Source of the DNA: Pseudomonadota bacterium
GTDB taxonomy: Bacteria > Pseudomonadota > Gammaproteobacteria > Burkholderiales > JBEEJL01
Direction: 5' to 3'
Assembly: GCA_043744215.1 (NCBI GenBank)
Contig: JAYTVC010000050.1
Location: 94-64,093 of the forward strand
Length of the DNA stretch: 64,000 nucleotides
The first letter of the stretch is position 1; each line of letters starts with the position of its first letter. The translations under genes and the position numbers were made by a program. Shown piece by piece: positions 16,817 through 26,062 of this stretch. A model generated the notes under the pieces. That model made no database searches. It was not told where the DNA came from and was given only the letters and a program-made list of their open reading frames with translations.

Positions 16817-17449
16817 TCAGTTGGGTGAAAACAGCGACGCGACATTTTCTGCGCCGACAGGGGACATAACGCAGTGGCCGCTTTGCAGGCTGACGCGGCC
16901 ATCAAGCAGCCAGTTTACCGCTTGTGGATAAATCACGTGTTCGGCCTCGAGCACGCGGGCGGCCAGGGAGGCTTCGTTGTCACTCGCCCACACCGGCACA
17001 GCGGCCTGAATAATAATCGGCCCATGATCGAGTTGCGGCGTGACGAAGTGCACCGTGCAACCGTGAATCTTCACGCCTGCTTCCAGCGCCCGCCGATGGG
17101 TGTGCAGACCGGTAAATGCAGGCAACAAAGATGGGTGAATGTTAATTATTAACCCATTGAATTTATTGATAAATTTATCACCCAGCACACGCATGAAACC
17201 GGCCAGCACTATATAGTCAGGCGCGAGCGCTTCAATGGTTTGAGCGAGGGCTTCATCAAATAATTCCCGCTGCGAAAATTGCGTGTGATCCACCACGCGG
17301 GTTTCGATGCCTAGATCTTTTGCTTTTTGTAATCCTTTGGCGTCGGGCCGGTTGCTGATAACCGCGGCAATGCGGCAGGGAAGATTGGCGCGGGCCAGCG
17401 CCTGCATATTGCTGCCAGAGCCAGAAATTAAAATGACAACGGTTTTCAA
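16817..17449 (-). CDS. purN: Phosphoribosylglycinamide formyltransferase
   Basis: 210 aa with ISGSGSNMQAL and NIHPSLLP motifs. Confidence 0.95.
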   Translation of the reverse strand: MKTVVILISGSGSNMQALARANLPCRIAAVISNRPDAKGLQKAKDLGIETRVVDHTQFSQRELFDEALAQTIEALAPDYIVLAGFMRVLGDKFINKFNGLIINIHPSLLPAFTGLHTHRRALEAGVKIHGCTVHFVTPQLDHGPIIIQAAVPVWASDNEASLAARVLEAEHVIYPQAVNWLLDGRVSLQSGHCVMSPVGAENVASLFSPN

Positions 17450-17457
17450 ACCGCTTC

Positions 17458-18495
17458 TCAGACGACTACTGTTTGCGCTTGATCGGCTACGCGCTTTTGC
17501 ACGCTGCCGATTTGCATGACGGTTTCGCCTGCGTCGCGCAAAAGTTTCATGGCGGCGTCAGCATTTTCTTTGGCTACGACTACCACCATGCCAATGCCGC
17601 AATTGAATACGCGATGCATTTCCTTGTCTTCCACTTTGCCGTGCAGTTGCAGCCAGGCGAAAATCGGCGGCAGCGTCCAGGATGTTTTATCGAGCACGGC
17701 CGTGAGATCGTCGGCCAGCACACGGGGAATATTTTCCAGCAAGCCACCGCCAGTGATGTGGGCCATGCCTTTGACGGGTAAGGCTTGCATGAGTTGCAGC
17801 AGCGGTTTGACGTAAATGCGTGTGGGTTGCATCAACTGCTCGGCGAGTTTTTTATTTTCTGCGCGGGTGAAATCAATTTTTTCGCGCTCGATAATTTTAC
17901 GAATCAGCGAATAGCCGTTCGAGTGCGGGCCGCTCGACGCGAGGCCAAGCACCGCATCGCCCGGCTTGATGGTGCTGCCGTTGATGATGTTTTCTTTTTC
18001 CACTACGCCCACGGCGAATCCGGCGAGATCGTATTCGCCGGCGGGATACATGCTCGGCATTTCGGCCGTCTCGCCGCCAATCAAGGCACAGCCGGACATT
18101 TCGCAACCCTGCGCAATGCCTTTAATGACGCGTGTGGCTGTCGGCACATCGAGCTTGCCGCAGGCGAAGTAGTCGAGAAAAAACAGCGGCTCGGCACCTT
18201 GCACGAGGATGTCGTTCACACTCATGGCGACAAGATCGATGCCGACGGTATCGTGGCCGTTCAATTCAAAAGCCAGTTTCAGTTTGGTACCCACGCCGTC
18301 GGTGCCCGCTACCAGTACCGGATTTTTATATTTTTTTGAAATTTCCACCAGCGCGCCAAAGCCGCCGATGCCGGTGAGCACTTCCGGGCGCATGGTGCGT
18401 TTGGCGAAGGGTTTGATGTTTTCAACGAGGTTATCGCCGGCGTCGATATCGACACCCGCGTCGCGATATGAAAGTGGCGTGAGGTTTGAGGTCAT
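17458..18495 (-). CDS. purM: Phosphoribosylformylglycinamidine cyclo-ligase
   Basis: Internal start [23 protein letters not shown] synthase pattern throughout. Confidence 0.95.
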   Translation of the reverse strand: MTSNLTPLSYRDAGVDIDAGDNLVENIKPFAKRTMRPEVLTGIGGFGALVEISKKYKNPVLVAGTDGVGTKLKLAFELNGHDTVGIDLVAMSVNDILVQGAEPLFFLDYFACGKLDVPTATRVIKGIAQGCEMSGCALIGGETAEMPSMYPAGEYDLAGFAVGVVEKENIINGSTIKPGDAVLGLASSGPHSNGYSLIRKIIEREKIDFTRAENKKLAEQLMQPTRIYVKPLLQLMQALPVKGMAHITGGGLLENIPRVLADDLTAVLDKTSWTLPPIFAWLQLHGKVEDKEMHRVFNCGIGMVVVVAKENADAAMKLLRDAGETVMQIGSVQKRVADQAQTVVV

Positions 18496-18562
18496 GTTGA
18501 GTTGGGGCGTGCTTATAGGTAGAGTGCGGAGAACCAAATTACGAAAACGGATTTTACTCCAA

Positions 18563-19627
18563 ATGAACAGCGAACGCTCTCACGACCTGCATTACCTCTG
18601 GGTGCTCGGCGCGGCCTGCGTCGGCGCGTTGCTGATTTATTTGCTCAGCCCCATTCTCGCCCCGTTTTTATTTTCAGCCATTCTCGCTTACATTTGCGAC
18701 CCGATTGCCGATTGGCTGGAGCGTAAACGCATTCCGCGCGGCTTGGCGACGGTGCTGGTGATGTTGTTATTGCTGGCGGTGTTTGCCGCGTTGTTGCTGG
18801 TATTGATTCCCTTATTTTATAAAGAGATTTCCCAGCTTGCGGAAAAATTACCCGGCTATTTATTGCAGTTGAAAGATCAGCTTGCGCCGTGGCTGAAGGC
18901 TCATCTCAACATTGAACTGCAACTGGATTTTGAAACCATGAAACAAACGCTGTCTGAAAATTGGAAAAGTGCCGGTGGCGTGGCAGGCAATCTGCTCTCC
19001 GGTTTGAAAGTCGGCGGGCTGGCGGTGGTGGGCTTCGCGGTCAATATGTTGCTGGTGCCGGTCGTGCTGTTTTATCTGCTGCGCGACTGGGACAAACTGG
19101 TCGCGCAAATCGACGCCATCATCCCGCGTCGTTACCACGAGCGCGTAACGGTGCTGGCGCGCGAAGTCGATCAAGTGCTGGCGCAATTTCTGCGCGGACA
19201 GATCTCCGTCATGCTGCTCATGTCGGCGGTGTATGTCATCGGCCTGTGGATTGCCGGCCTCGAATTCGCGCTGCCCATCGGCATCATCACCGGCATGCTG
19301 GTGTTCATTCCGTATCTGGGTATGTTGACCGGTTTGTTACTTGCGACCTTGGCGGCGTTCATGCAGTTTCAATCCATCGGTGGCGTCATTCCCGTGTGGA
19401 TTGTCATCGCTATCGGCCAAGGTCTCGAAGGTATGCTGATTACACCCAAGCTCGTCGGCGAGCGCATCGGCTTGCATCCTGTAGCGGTGATTTTTGCGTT
19501 GCTGGCATTCGGCCAACTGTTCGGATTTTTCGGCGTACTACTCGCCTTGCCTGCCAGTGCCGCGCTCTTGGTGTGGTTGCGCCATGTGCAAAAAAACTAT
19601 TTGAACAGCACGGTCTATAACGATTGA
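18563..19627 (+). CDS. AI-2E family transporter (PerM-like permease)
   Basis: Internal start MNSERSHDL of ORF 18209-19627. Polytopic membrane protein with an AI-2E pattern. Confidence 0.8.
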   Translation: MNSERSHDLHYLWVLGAACVGALLIYLLSPILAPFLFSAILAYICDPIADWLERKRIPRGLATVLVMLLLLAVFAALLLVLIPLFYKEISQLAEKLPGYLLQLKDQLAPWLKAHLNIELQLDFETMKQTLSENWKSAGGVAGNLLSGLKVGGLAVVGFAVNMLLVPVVLFYLLRDWDKLVAQIDAIIPRRYHERVTVLAREVDQVLAQFLRGQISVMLLMSAVYVIGLWIAGLEFALPIGIITGMLVFIPYLGMLTGLLLATLAAFMQFQSIGGVIPVWIVIAIGQGLEGMLITPKLVGERIGLHPVAVIFALLAFGQLFGFFGVLLALPASAALLVWLRHVQKNYLNSTVYND

Positions 19628-19746
19628 GCGAAGCGTTTCTGCAAAATGTATGTTCGTGTCACGCAGCAAGAAATGTGCTGCGAGCCGGCATGATGCGGGG
19701 ACCAGGCGAGAGGAAGCAGGCAGCCAAGTGCTTGAAGGTTATTTGT

Positions 19747-19774
19747 GTAACTTATTGATTATATTGAATTTTAT
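19747..19774 (+). repeat. 28-bp IHF-core element, copy 3 (orphan, no adjacent start codon)
   Basis: GTAACTTATTGATTATATTGAATTTTAT. Confidence 0.7.
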
Positions 19775-19781
19775 TAAAAAT

Positions 19782-19809
19782 AAAAAAGACGCATTAAGCG
19801 TCTTTTTTT
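19782..19809. terminator. Bidirectional hairpin terminator
   Basis: AAAAAA-AGACGC-ATTAA-GCGTCT-TTTTTT between convergent genes. Confidence 0.7.
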
Positions 19810-19840
19810 GTTTGGCCGATCAGTAACGCGTCATTTCATT

Positions 19841-20113
19841 TCATTTCATTTCTGATGCGCAACCCTGGTCGTCGCGCTGTCGCACTTGTACGGCCTTGAA
19901 AATGCTATGCATCGAAATGGTCAGTAGCATCATGCCCAGCACCACGAATGTCCAGGCGATCAACTCGTTCATGGCAATCGGCACGGCACCCTTGCTGAAT
20001 ACGGCACTGAAGCCGACCAGCAGGCAAATCATGCTGAGCGCATTAAGAGCCACAAAAGTAGCCAGCGATTTGCTCGAAGCGCGATGGTAATCCACATTGG
20101 GTAGGCTCGACAT
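19841..20113 (-). CDS. Hypothetical small membrane protein (2 predicted TM helices)
   Basis: 90-aa ORF with two hydrophobic stretches, 8 nt downstream of ORF 20122-20373. No family recognised. Confidence 0.5.
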   Translation of the reverse strand: MSSLPNVDYHRASSKSLATFVALNALSMICLLVGFSAVFSKGAVPIAMNELIAWTFVVLGMMLLTISMHSIFKAVQVRQRDDQGCASEMK

Positions 20114-20121
20114 GATGAGAT

Positions 20122-20373
20122 TCAGTCCTTATTGTTCAGGCCATTGATACCGGCGATGTCCGATAAATCTGACATGTCATCGGTATCGTCCAGGTCGTCG
20201 AGCACCGGGTCTGGCGGCCGCCCATTGCGGCGAACTGCACCTTTGGCGGTGACGCCGCCAGGATGGCCAGCGAACATCACCTGGGTGTCGTAATAATTCG
20301 GATACGCCGGGCTCGTCACGAGAGTGTCCGTGCCGTCGTCAGCTTGTGTTTTGTTTTGAGATTTGATTGCCAT
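20122..20373 (-). CDS. Hypothetical small acidic protein
   Basis: 83-aa ORF with an Asp-rich C-terminus (DDLDDTDDMSDLSD), apparently co-transcribed with 19841-20113. No family recognised. Confidence 0.45.
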   Translation of the reverse strand: MAIKSQNKTQADDGTDTLVTSPAYPNYYDTQVMFAGHPGGVTAKGAVRRNGRPPDPVLDDLDDTDDMSDLSDIAGINGLNNKD

Positions 20374-20535
20374 GTTGGCTCCCGTTATCTAAAGGTACGC
20401 TTGCAGAGTATTCCAACGGAGCAACGGGGAATATGGCATACGTCACAACGCACAAAATGTTTTATGCTTTGTGATGTAGTTCACATTTTTTTGATGGGCC
20501 GAATTTGATGGGCCGGATAGGCACAGAAAACAAAT

Positions 20536-21657
20536 TTAAGCCGGCCCGATGCCTTTTTTCCAGGCGACATCGGTAGATTGAACTGTAGCAGGGGTGGTGA
20601 GATCGAGCGTTTTCGCGAAGTCGAGCATGCGCTGGATGGAGGTTTTTGCCCGGCGTGCGATATCGGCATCGACGTGGATTTCGTTGCTGCCGCGCTCAAG
20701 AGCATCGGCCAGATTTTGCAAGCCGTTCATCGCCATCCAGGGGCAATGGGCGCAGCTTTTGCAAGTGGCGCTGTTGCCTGCCGTTGGCGCTTCAATAAAT
20801 TTTTTTGTCGGCGACAAATTTTTCATTTTGTGCAGAATGCCGTTGTCCGTCGCCACAATAAATTCGTGAGCATCAAGTGTTTGCGAAGCTTTGATAATTT
20901 GTGTTGTCGAGCCGACCACATCGGCCAGTTGCACCACGGCTTCGGGCGATTCCGGATGCACCAGCACTTTCGCGTTCGGATGCAGTTTTTTCAGCTCGCT
21001 CAACTCAAATGCCTTGAACTCGTCATGTACCAGACACGAGCCTTGCCACGACAGCATATCGGCACCGGTTTGTTTTTGGATGAAATTGCCCAGATGCCGA
21101 TCGGGCGCCCAAAGAATTTTTTTGCCCTGCGCGTGCAAATGCTCGACAATTTTGAGGCCGATGCTGGATGTCACCATCCAATCGGCGCGGGCTTTGACGG
21201 CGGCGCTGGTGTTGGCATACACCACCACCGTGCGGTCGGGGTGCGCATCGCAAAATTTCGAAAATTCATCGGCAGGGCAGCCTAAATCGAGCGAGCATTC
21301 CGCTTCGAGATCGGGCATCAAAATGCGTTTTTCCGGATTGAGAATTTTCGCCGTCTCGCCCATAAAGCGCACGCCCGCGACGACGATGGTTTGTTCGGGC
21401 CGCGCTGCGCCGAAGCGTGCCATTTCCAAAGAGTCCGACACGCAGCCGCCGGTTTCTTCGGCCAAATCTTGAATGTCGGGGTTGACGTAGTAGTGCGCCA
21501 CCAGCACGGCGTTGTGCTGTTTGAGCAATTTTTTTATGCGCGCTTTGAGGGCCGGTTTGTCTTGGGGCAAGGGTTCGTTCGGCACCTTGGCCCAGGCTTC
21601 GCCCGTGGCGCGGCCGGGGTAATCGAATAACACTTTAATGGGGGCGCTGGCATTCAT
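20536..21657 (-). CDS. nadA: Quinolinate synthase
   Basis: Internal start MNASAPIKV. NadA pattern including Cys ligands (..CSLD.., ..GSCLVH.., [10 protein letters not shown]). Confidence 0.95.
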   Translation of the reverse strand: MNASAPIKVLFDYPGRATGEAWAKVPNEPLPQDKPALKARIKKLLKQHNAVLVAHYYVNPDIQDLAEETGGCVSDSLEMARFGAARPEQTIVVAGVRFMGETAKILNPEKRILMPDLEAECSLDLGCPADEFSKFCDAHPDRTVVVYANTSAAVKARADWMVTSSIGLKIVEHLHAQGKKILWAPDRHLGNFIQKQTGADMLSWQGSCLVHDEFKAFELSELKKLHPNAKVLVHPESPEAVVQLADVVGSTTQIIKASQTLDAHEFIVATDNGILHKMKNLSPTKKFIEAPTAGNSATCKSCAHCPWMAMNGLQNLADALERGSNEIHVDADIARRAKTSIQRMLDFAKTLDLTTPATVQSTDVAWKKGIGPA

Positions 21658-21871
21658 GATGTGCTCCGTGCATTGCTCAGAAAGACTGCTGCCTTGATTA
21701 TCCCACAAATGGCGCTGGGGCCGAGGAGCAAGCCTGTGATGATTCTTTACATTTAGCGGCCATTTTCCCTATGGTGCAGGCCAGGCTGGCAAATACTTCG
21801 TGCTACACTGATTTTGTAGTTTGCGATAAAAATAATATCCCTTCCAGTAGATTTTTTTCACGACGTTTTTC

Positions 21872-22549
21872 ATGCGCCAACTGATACTCGACATCAATCC
21901 TGGTGTGACGCCAACCCTCGACAATTTTGTCGTCGGCCGCAATGCGGAAACCCTGGAGGCTTTGCACGTCTTCGCGGCAGAGGCGGGATCCGAACGTTTT
22001 TTCTACCTGTGGGGCGATGCGGGTGCCGGCAAAACCCATTTGCTGCGTGCCATCACCAATGCATTTACCGGCGGAAAAGCGGTCTATCGCAACTGTGAAC
22101 CCGGCATGGGGTTGGGCGCGGTGCTGGGCTGCGACCTGCTTGCGATTGACAATGTGCAACACTTAACTGACAGCGCGCAGATAACATTGTTTAATGCGTA
22201 CAACGAAATACGCGAAGCAAATGGCCGCTTGCTGGTGAGCGGCGATGTGCCACCGGCACAACTCACCTTGCGCGATGACCTGAAGACCCGCCTCGCCTGG
22301 GGGCTGGCTTATCAAATTCATGCTTTGACCGACAATGAAATCGTCGGCGCGCTGCAACGACATGCGATGGAGCGCGGCTTGCGTCTGACGCCCGAAGTGA
22401 TTGATTTTTTATTTCATCACCAACCGAGAGATTTGCCTTCGTTGCTGATGTCGCTGGACAAACTGGACCGTTATTCGCTGGAGACCAAGCGCGCGGTGTC
22501 AGTGCCCTTGCTCAAGCAGGCGCTAAAGCTGGACGATACGGCACCATGA
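21872..22549 (+). CDS. hda: DnaA regulatory inactivator Hda
   Basis: 225 aa, short DnaA-homolog AAA+ protein with Walker A GDAGAGKTHLL. Confidence 0.85.
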   Translation: MRQLILDINPGVTPTLDNFVVGRNAETLEALHVFAAEAGSERFFYLWGDAGAGKTHLLRAITNAFTGGKAVYRNCEPGMGLGAVLGCDLLAIDNVQHLTDSAQITLFNAYNEIREANGRLLVSGDVPPAQLTLRDDLKTRLAWGLAYQIHALTDNEIVGALQRHAMERGLRLTPEVIDFLFHHQPRDLPSLLMSLDKLDRYSLETKRAVSVPLLKQALKLDDTAP

Positions 22550-23208
22550 AGTTGGCGCTGTTCGATCTCGACAACACGCTGTTGGCCGGCGATAGCGATT
22601 TTGAATGGGCGCAATTTCTTATCGAGCAAGGCGTGCTCGACCGCGAAGTGTATGAGGCGCGCAACGCCTGGTTTTACGAGCAATACAAGTTGGGCACGCT
22701 CGACATCCATGCCTTTCTCGACTTTCAGCTCAAGCCCTTGTCGAGGCACAAGCGGGTTGAACTGGATCGGTGGCATGCCGAGTTTATGCGCAAAAAAATT
22801 GTGCCGATGATGACGCAAAAATCACGCGCATTGGTGGCGAAACATAAAAGCGAAGGCGATCTGCTGGTGATTGTGACGGCCACCAACAGTTTTGTGACCG
22901 CGCCGATTGCGCAGGCATTCGGGGTAGAAAATCTCGTCGCTACCGAACCGGAAATACGCGATGGCGAATTTACCGGCGGTGTGATGGGCACGCCGAGTTT
23001 TCGTGAGGGCAAGATTACCCGACTGGAACAATGGCTGGAACAACGGAGCCTGCGACTGGCAGATTTTTCCGCTTGTTATTTTTACAGCGACTCGCGCAAT
23101 GATTTGCCGCTGTTGGAAATAGTTTCTCATCCGGTCGCAGTGGATCCGGATCCTTTGCTGGCCGAAGTGGCAAAGAAGCGCGGCTGGCCTGTGTTGTCGC
23201 TTAGATAA
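22546..23208 (+). CDS. HAD-IB family hydrolase
   Basis: 220 aa with the FDLDNTL nucleophile motif. Overlaps the hda stop. Confidence 0.8.
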   Translation: MKLALFDLDNTLLAGDSDFEWAQFLIEQGVLDREVYEARNAWFYEQYKLGTLDIHAFLDFQLKPLSRHKRVELDRWHAEFMRKKIVPMMTQKSRALVAKHKSEGDLLVIVTATNSFVTAPIAQAFGVENLVATEPEIRDGEFTGGVMGTPSFREGKITRLEQWLEQRSLRLADFSACYFYSDSRNDLPLLEIVSHPVAVDPDPLLAEVAKKRGWPVLSLR

Positions 23209-23234
23209 ATTATTCAATATAATCAAATAGTTAC
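23207..23234 (-). repeat. 28-bp IHF-core element, copy 4
   Basis: AAATTATTCAATATAATCAAATAGTTAC, overlapping the stop of the HAD gene. Confidence 0.75.
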
Positions 23235-23270
23235 GTAATACACGGTTTTGAAATATAGGGGCGATCAAAA

Positions 23271-24227
23271 ATGGAAAACATCAGTAAAGAAGTGCTGACA
23301 CAAATTTCCAACAGCGGCATTTTCAAAAGTGTCAGTCTCGAATCCATAGAAGCGTTGCTGGAGCAGTGCGAGGTTCGCCGCATTCCTGCGAACGAAGTAT
23401 TGCTCTCGCCGGGCGAAGAAGGCGACAAAATTTATGTCGTGCTCGAAGGCGAGTTGCGCGTGCACTTGGGCAACCTCAGCAATCCGGCCCATCTCACCGT
23501 CGCCCAGGGCGAATGCGTGGGCGAAATGTCTATCATCGATGGCAAAAAAGTGTCGGCCTATGTTATCGCTTCCCACGCGACGACATTGCTTGCCATGCCG
23601 GAAGTGATTGTGTGGTCGATGATCAATTCCTGCCACGCCGTGGCGCGCAATTTTCTGTATGTTTTGTCGGGACGCATGCGGCACGACAACAGCGCGCTGA
23701 TCGACAGCATGAACCTGATGCGCGAATTTGAATACGCCGCCAGCGTCGACGGCCTCACCGGCATGCACAACCGCCGCTGGCTGCATGATGCGTTCGCGCG
23801 CCAATTGTCCCGCTGCGCCAAAGACGGCCGCGATATGTCGCTGATCATGATGGACGTGGACAATTTCAAAATCATCAACGATCAGTACGGCCATCTCACT
23901 GGCGATCAGGTGTTGTGCACGGTCGCGCGCATCGTGGCGCACCAGTTGCGCCCGGGCGATTTGCTGGCGCGTTTCGGCGGCGATGAGTTTTCGCTGCTGT
24001 TGCCCGGCACCAGTGCCAGCCAGGCGGTGCAAGTGGCCGAGCGTTTGCGCTCGGCGGTTTCCACCGCGTCGATTCCGGTTCATGGCGACCGGCAGATGAT
24101 TAATGTCACCATTTCTCTCGGCGTTGCCCAGGCAAAACCGGGCGACACGTTGGATAATCTCATCGCCAATTCCGACGCGGCCCTCTACAGTGCCAAGCGC
24201 GGCGGCCGCGACAAGGTGTCGTTCTAA
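23271..24227 (+). CDS. Diguanylate cyclase with N-terminal cyclic-nucleotide-binding-like domain
   Basis: 318 aa. cNMP-like GECVGEMSIIDG, and a GGDEF domain with RFGGDEFSLLL. Confidence 0.85.
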   Translation: MENISKEVLTQISNSGIFKSVSLESIEALLEQCEVRRIPANEVLLSPGEEGDKIYVVLEGELRVHLGNLSNPAHLTVAQGECVGEMSIIDGKKVSAYVIASHATTLLAMPEVIVWSMINSCHAVARNFLYVLSGRMRHDNSALIDSMNLMREFEYAASVDGLTGMHNRRWLHDAFARQLSRCAKDGRDMSLIMMDVDNFKIINDQYGHLTGDQVLCTVARIVAHQLRPGDLLARFGGDEFSLLLPGTSASQAVQVAERLRSAVSTASIPVHGDRQMINVTISLGVAQAKPGDTLDNLIANSDAALYSAKRGGRDKVSF

Positions 24228-24316
24228 AGTGTCGTTCTAAAGCCTGTCCCAAAGCGGCCGTCACCGGCGTGAAGTAGCCTGCTACACTGGCGGCTATTTA
24301 TCGCCATACTTTTTCC

Positions 24317-25309
24317 ATGCCCGCTTTTTCCAAGTTTGAAATTTCCATTTCGCGGCGTTTATTTGCCGGCCTGGCAGCGCTGTCTCTCGCCAGTCTATTT
24401 TTCGGCCTCTGCGCCGGCAGCGTGCCGCTGTCTATCAATGAAATTTTTAATGTCATGGCAGGTCGGGACATCGGGCTCAAAGCCGATATTGTGCTGGGCC
24501 TGCGACTGCCTCGGGTGTTGGCCGGATTTTTTTGCGGCGGGTTGCTGGCGCTGGCGGGCCTGTTGTTGCAGGCGTTATTGCGCAACCCGCTGGCTGATCC
24601 ATATATTTTAGGCGTGTCGGGTGGTGCATCGCTGGCCGGTTTGATGGCCGTAGCGCTGGGGGCAACGTGGGGCGCGGTGAACGGCGCAGCATTTGCCGGT
24701 GCATTACTGGCCATCGCACTGGTATTTTTTCTGAGCTACCGCACTGCAGGTTGGCGCATGGAGAGTTTGTTGCTGACTGGCGTGGTGATTTCCGCCGGGT
24801 TTGGCGCATTGATTACCTTGATCATGACCCTCGCACCGGCCAATGATGTGCGCGGCATGTTGTTCTGGCTGATGGGCGATTTATCGCATGCGGATTCGCC
24901 TTTGCTCGCCGGCGCGGCACTGGCAATATGTGCAGGTATCGCACTCATTGCAGGACGCAGCATTGACGTGTTGAGTCTGGGCCAAAGCAAAGCACGCTCC
25001 CTCGGAGTGCGAGTTGAAACTTTGCAGGCGGTGCTGTATTTTTGTGCCGCTGCCGCCTGCGCCGCAGCCGTGATGACCGCGGGTGCCATCGGTTTTGTCG
25101 GGCTCATTGCGCCCCATGCGGCGCGTTTGCTGGGCGCTACTTCCCATCGCGTGTTAACGCTGGCTGCCATTTTTTTAGGTGGCAGTCTGGTCACCTTGGC
25201 TGATGCGCTGGCGCGCTCGGTGATTGCGCCCCAACAATTGCCGGTCGGCGTGATTCTTGCGCTGCTGGGTGTGCCGGCCATGCTGGTTTTGCTCACCAGG
25301 CCGCGCTGA
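24317..25309 (+). CDS. FecCD/BtuC-family ABC permease (iron-siderophore or cobalamin type)
   Basis: 330-aa polytopic protein with a FecCD pattern. Confidence 0.85.
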   Translation: MPAFSKFEISISRRLFAGLAALSLASLFFGLCAGSVPLSINEIFNVMAGRDIGLKADIVLGLRLPRVLAGFFCGGLLALAGLLLQALLRNPLADPYILGVSGGASLAGLMAVALGATWGAVNGAAFAGALLAIALVFFLSYRTAGWRMESLLLTGVVISAGFGALITLIMTLAPANDVRGMLFWLMGDLSHADSPLLAGAALAICAGIALIAGRSIDVLSLGQSKARSLGVRVETLQAVLYFCAAAACAAAVMTAGAIGFVGLIAPHAARLLGATSHRVLTLAAIFLGGSLVTLADALARSVIAPQQLPVGVILALLGVPAMLVLLTRPR

Positions 25310-26034
25310 TGCTGCGTGCTGAAAACATCACGCTCACCGTGCCAGACAAAATCCTTGTGAAAAATTTCACTGGCGAATTCAAGCCGGGCGAATTCTGGGC
25401 CGTGTTGGGTAAAAACGGCAGCGGCAAATCCACTTTATTGCAGGTACTCAGCGGCGTCGCGCCGGCTCAAATTGGCCGTGTTGTACTCGACGCAAAACCG
25501 CTCGCGCAATTTTCACCGCGCGCGCGCGCGCAGCGAATCGGCCTGCTTTTGCAGGAAGAGTCGGCACATTTTTGGGGCAGTGTGGCGGAATACATTTCGT
25601 TGGGCCGCTTTGCCCATGGCGACCACGATGCGGGCCTGGCACAGAGCGCCATGGCGCACATGGCGCTTGCACCGTTTAGTCAGCGCACATTGAGCAGCCT
25701 CTCGGGCGGTGAACGGCAGCGTGCCCGTATTGCGCAATTGCTGTGCCAATCGCCAGATGTCTATTGTCTCGACGAGCCGCTGATGCATCTGGACGTGGCG
25801 CATCAGTTTGATTTGATGCAACGCATGGCCGGCCTTGCCAAAAACCACAGCAAAACCATCATCATGGTGATGCACGAGCCCCTGTGGACCATGCGTTACT
25901 GTAGCCATGCGCTGCTGCTGGCCGAAGGCGGCGAAACCTCGTGCGGGCCGGTTGCCATCCAGCTTACCCGAGAAAAATTGCAAAAATTATATGCCTGCGA
26001 AGGGGAAGCCCTCGCCGGTTTTGGTATCCTATGA
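25309..26034 (+). CDS. ABC transporter ATP-binding protein (FecE/BtuD-like)
   Basis: 241 aa. Walker A GKNGSGKST, signature LSGGERQR, Walker B YCLDEP. Confidence 0.9.
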   Translation: MLRAENITLTVPDKILVKNFTGEFKPGEFWAVLGKNGSGKSTLLQVLSGVAPAQIGRVVLDAKPLAQFSPRARAQRIGLLLQEESAHFWGSVAEYISLGRFAHGDHDAGLAQSAMAHMALAPFSQRTLSSLSGGERQRARIAQLLCQSPDVYCLDEPLMHLDVAHQFDLMQRMAGLAKNHSKTIIMVMHEPLWTMRYCSHALLLAEGGETSCGPVAIQLTREKLQKLYACEGEALAGFGIL

Positions 26035-26062
26035 CTATTCGATTTCCATCACTGATCGCTTC

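Noticed and set aside
17167-17186. TTGAATTTATTGATAAATTT inside purN, which matches the element core at 16 of 20 positions
   Set aside because: It encodes the conserved PurN segment (..FINKFNGLIINIHPS..) and lacks the IHF TTR triplet and the GTAAC arm. It is probably a chance match from AT-rich codons.
18209-18562. N-terminal extensions of ORFs, including 18209-19627 (perM-like), 25907-27469 (pcnB), 1667-2785, 4167-4733, 45645-46307, 16087-16905 and 54109-54609
   Set aside because: The extensions overlap neighbouring genes or lack homology. Internal ATGs give canonical N-termini or signal peptides.
19831-19850. The (TCATT)4 pentanucleotide tract as a phase-variation switch for ORF 19841-20113
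   Set aside because: The stop codon lies inside the tract, at the junction of its second and third units. Only the last four codons fall within it, so copy-number change would alter at most the extreme C-terminus and would not switch the gene on or off.
21801-21809. TGCTACACT upstream of hda (21801-21809), upstream of the FecCD-like gene (24280-24288) and TGCTACA at 100-106, considered as additional CRISPR-repeat fragments
   Set aside because: A 7-mer is expected ~8 times by chance in 128 kb. These sites look like ordinary extended -10 promoters. They serve as a caveat for the parDE-promoter finding rather than as repeat fossils.
23265-24083. Long antisense 'shadow' ORFs in GC-rich genes, e.g. 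23265-24083(-), 12036-12677(-), 13278-13997(-), 18961-19620(+), 24736-25296(-), 25513-25983(-), 54815-55345(+), 61904-62548(-) and 134-661(-)
   Set aside because: Each lies opposite or out of frame to a gene with clear family motifs. Their Arg/Ala/Gly/His-rich low-complexity translations are typical of non-coding frames.
24228-24316. Possible cobalamin riboswitch upstream of the BtuC/FecCD-like ABC genes
   Set aside because: The gap is only 89 bp and lacks the B12-box or multi-stem architecture. It is too short for the ~200-nt element.
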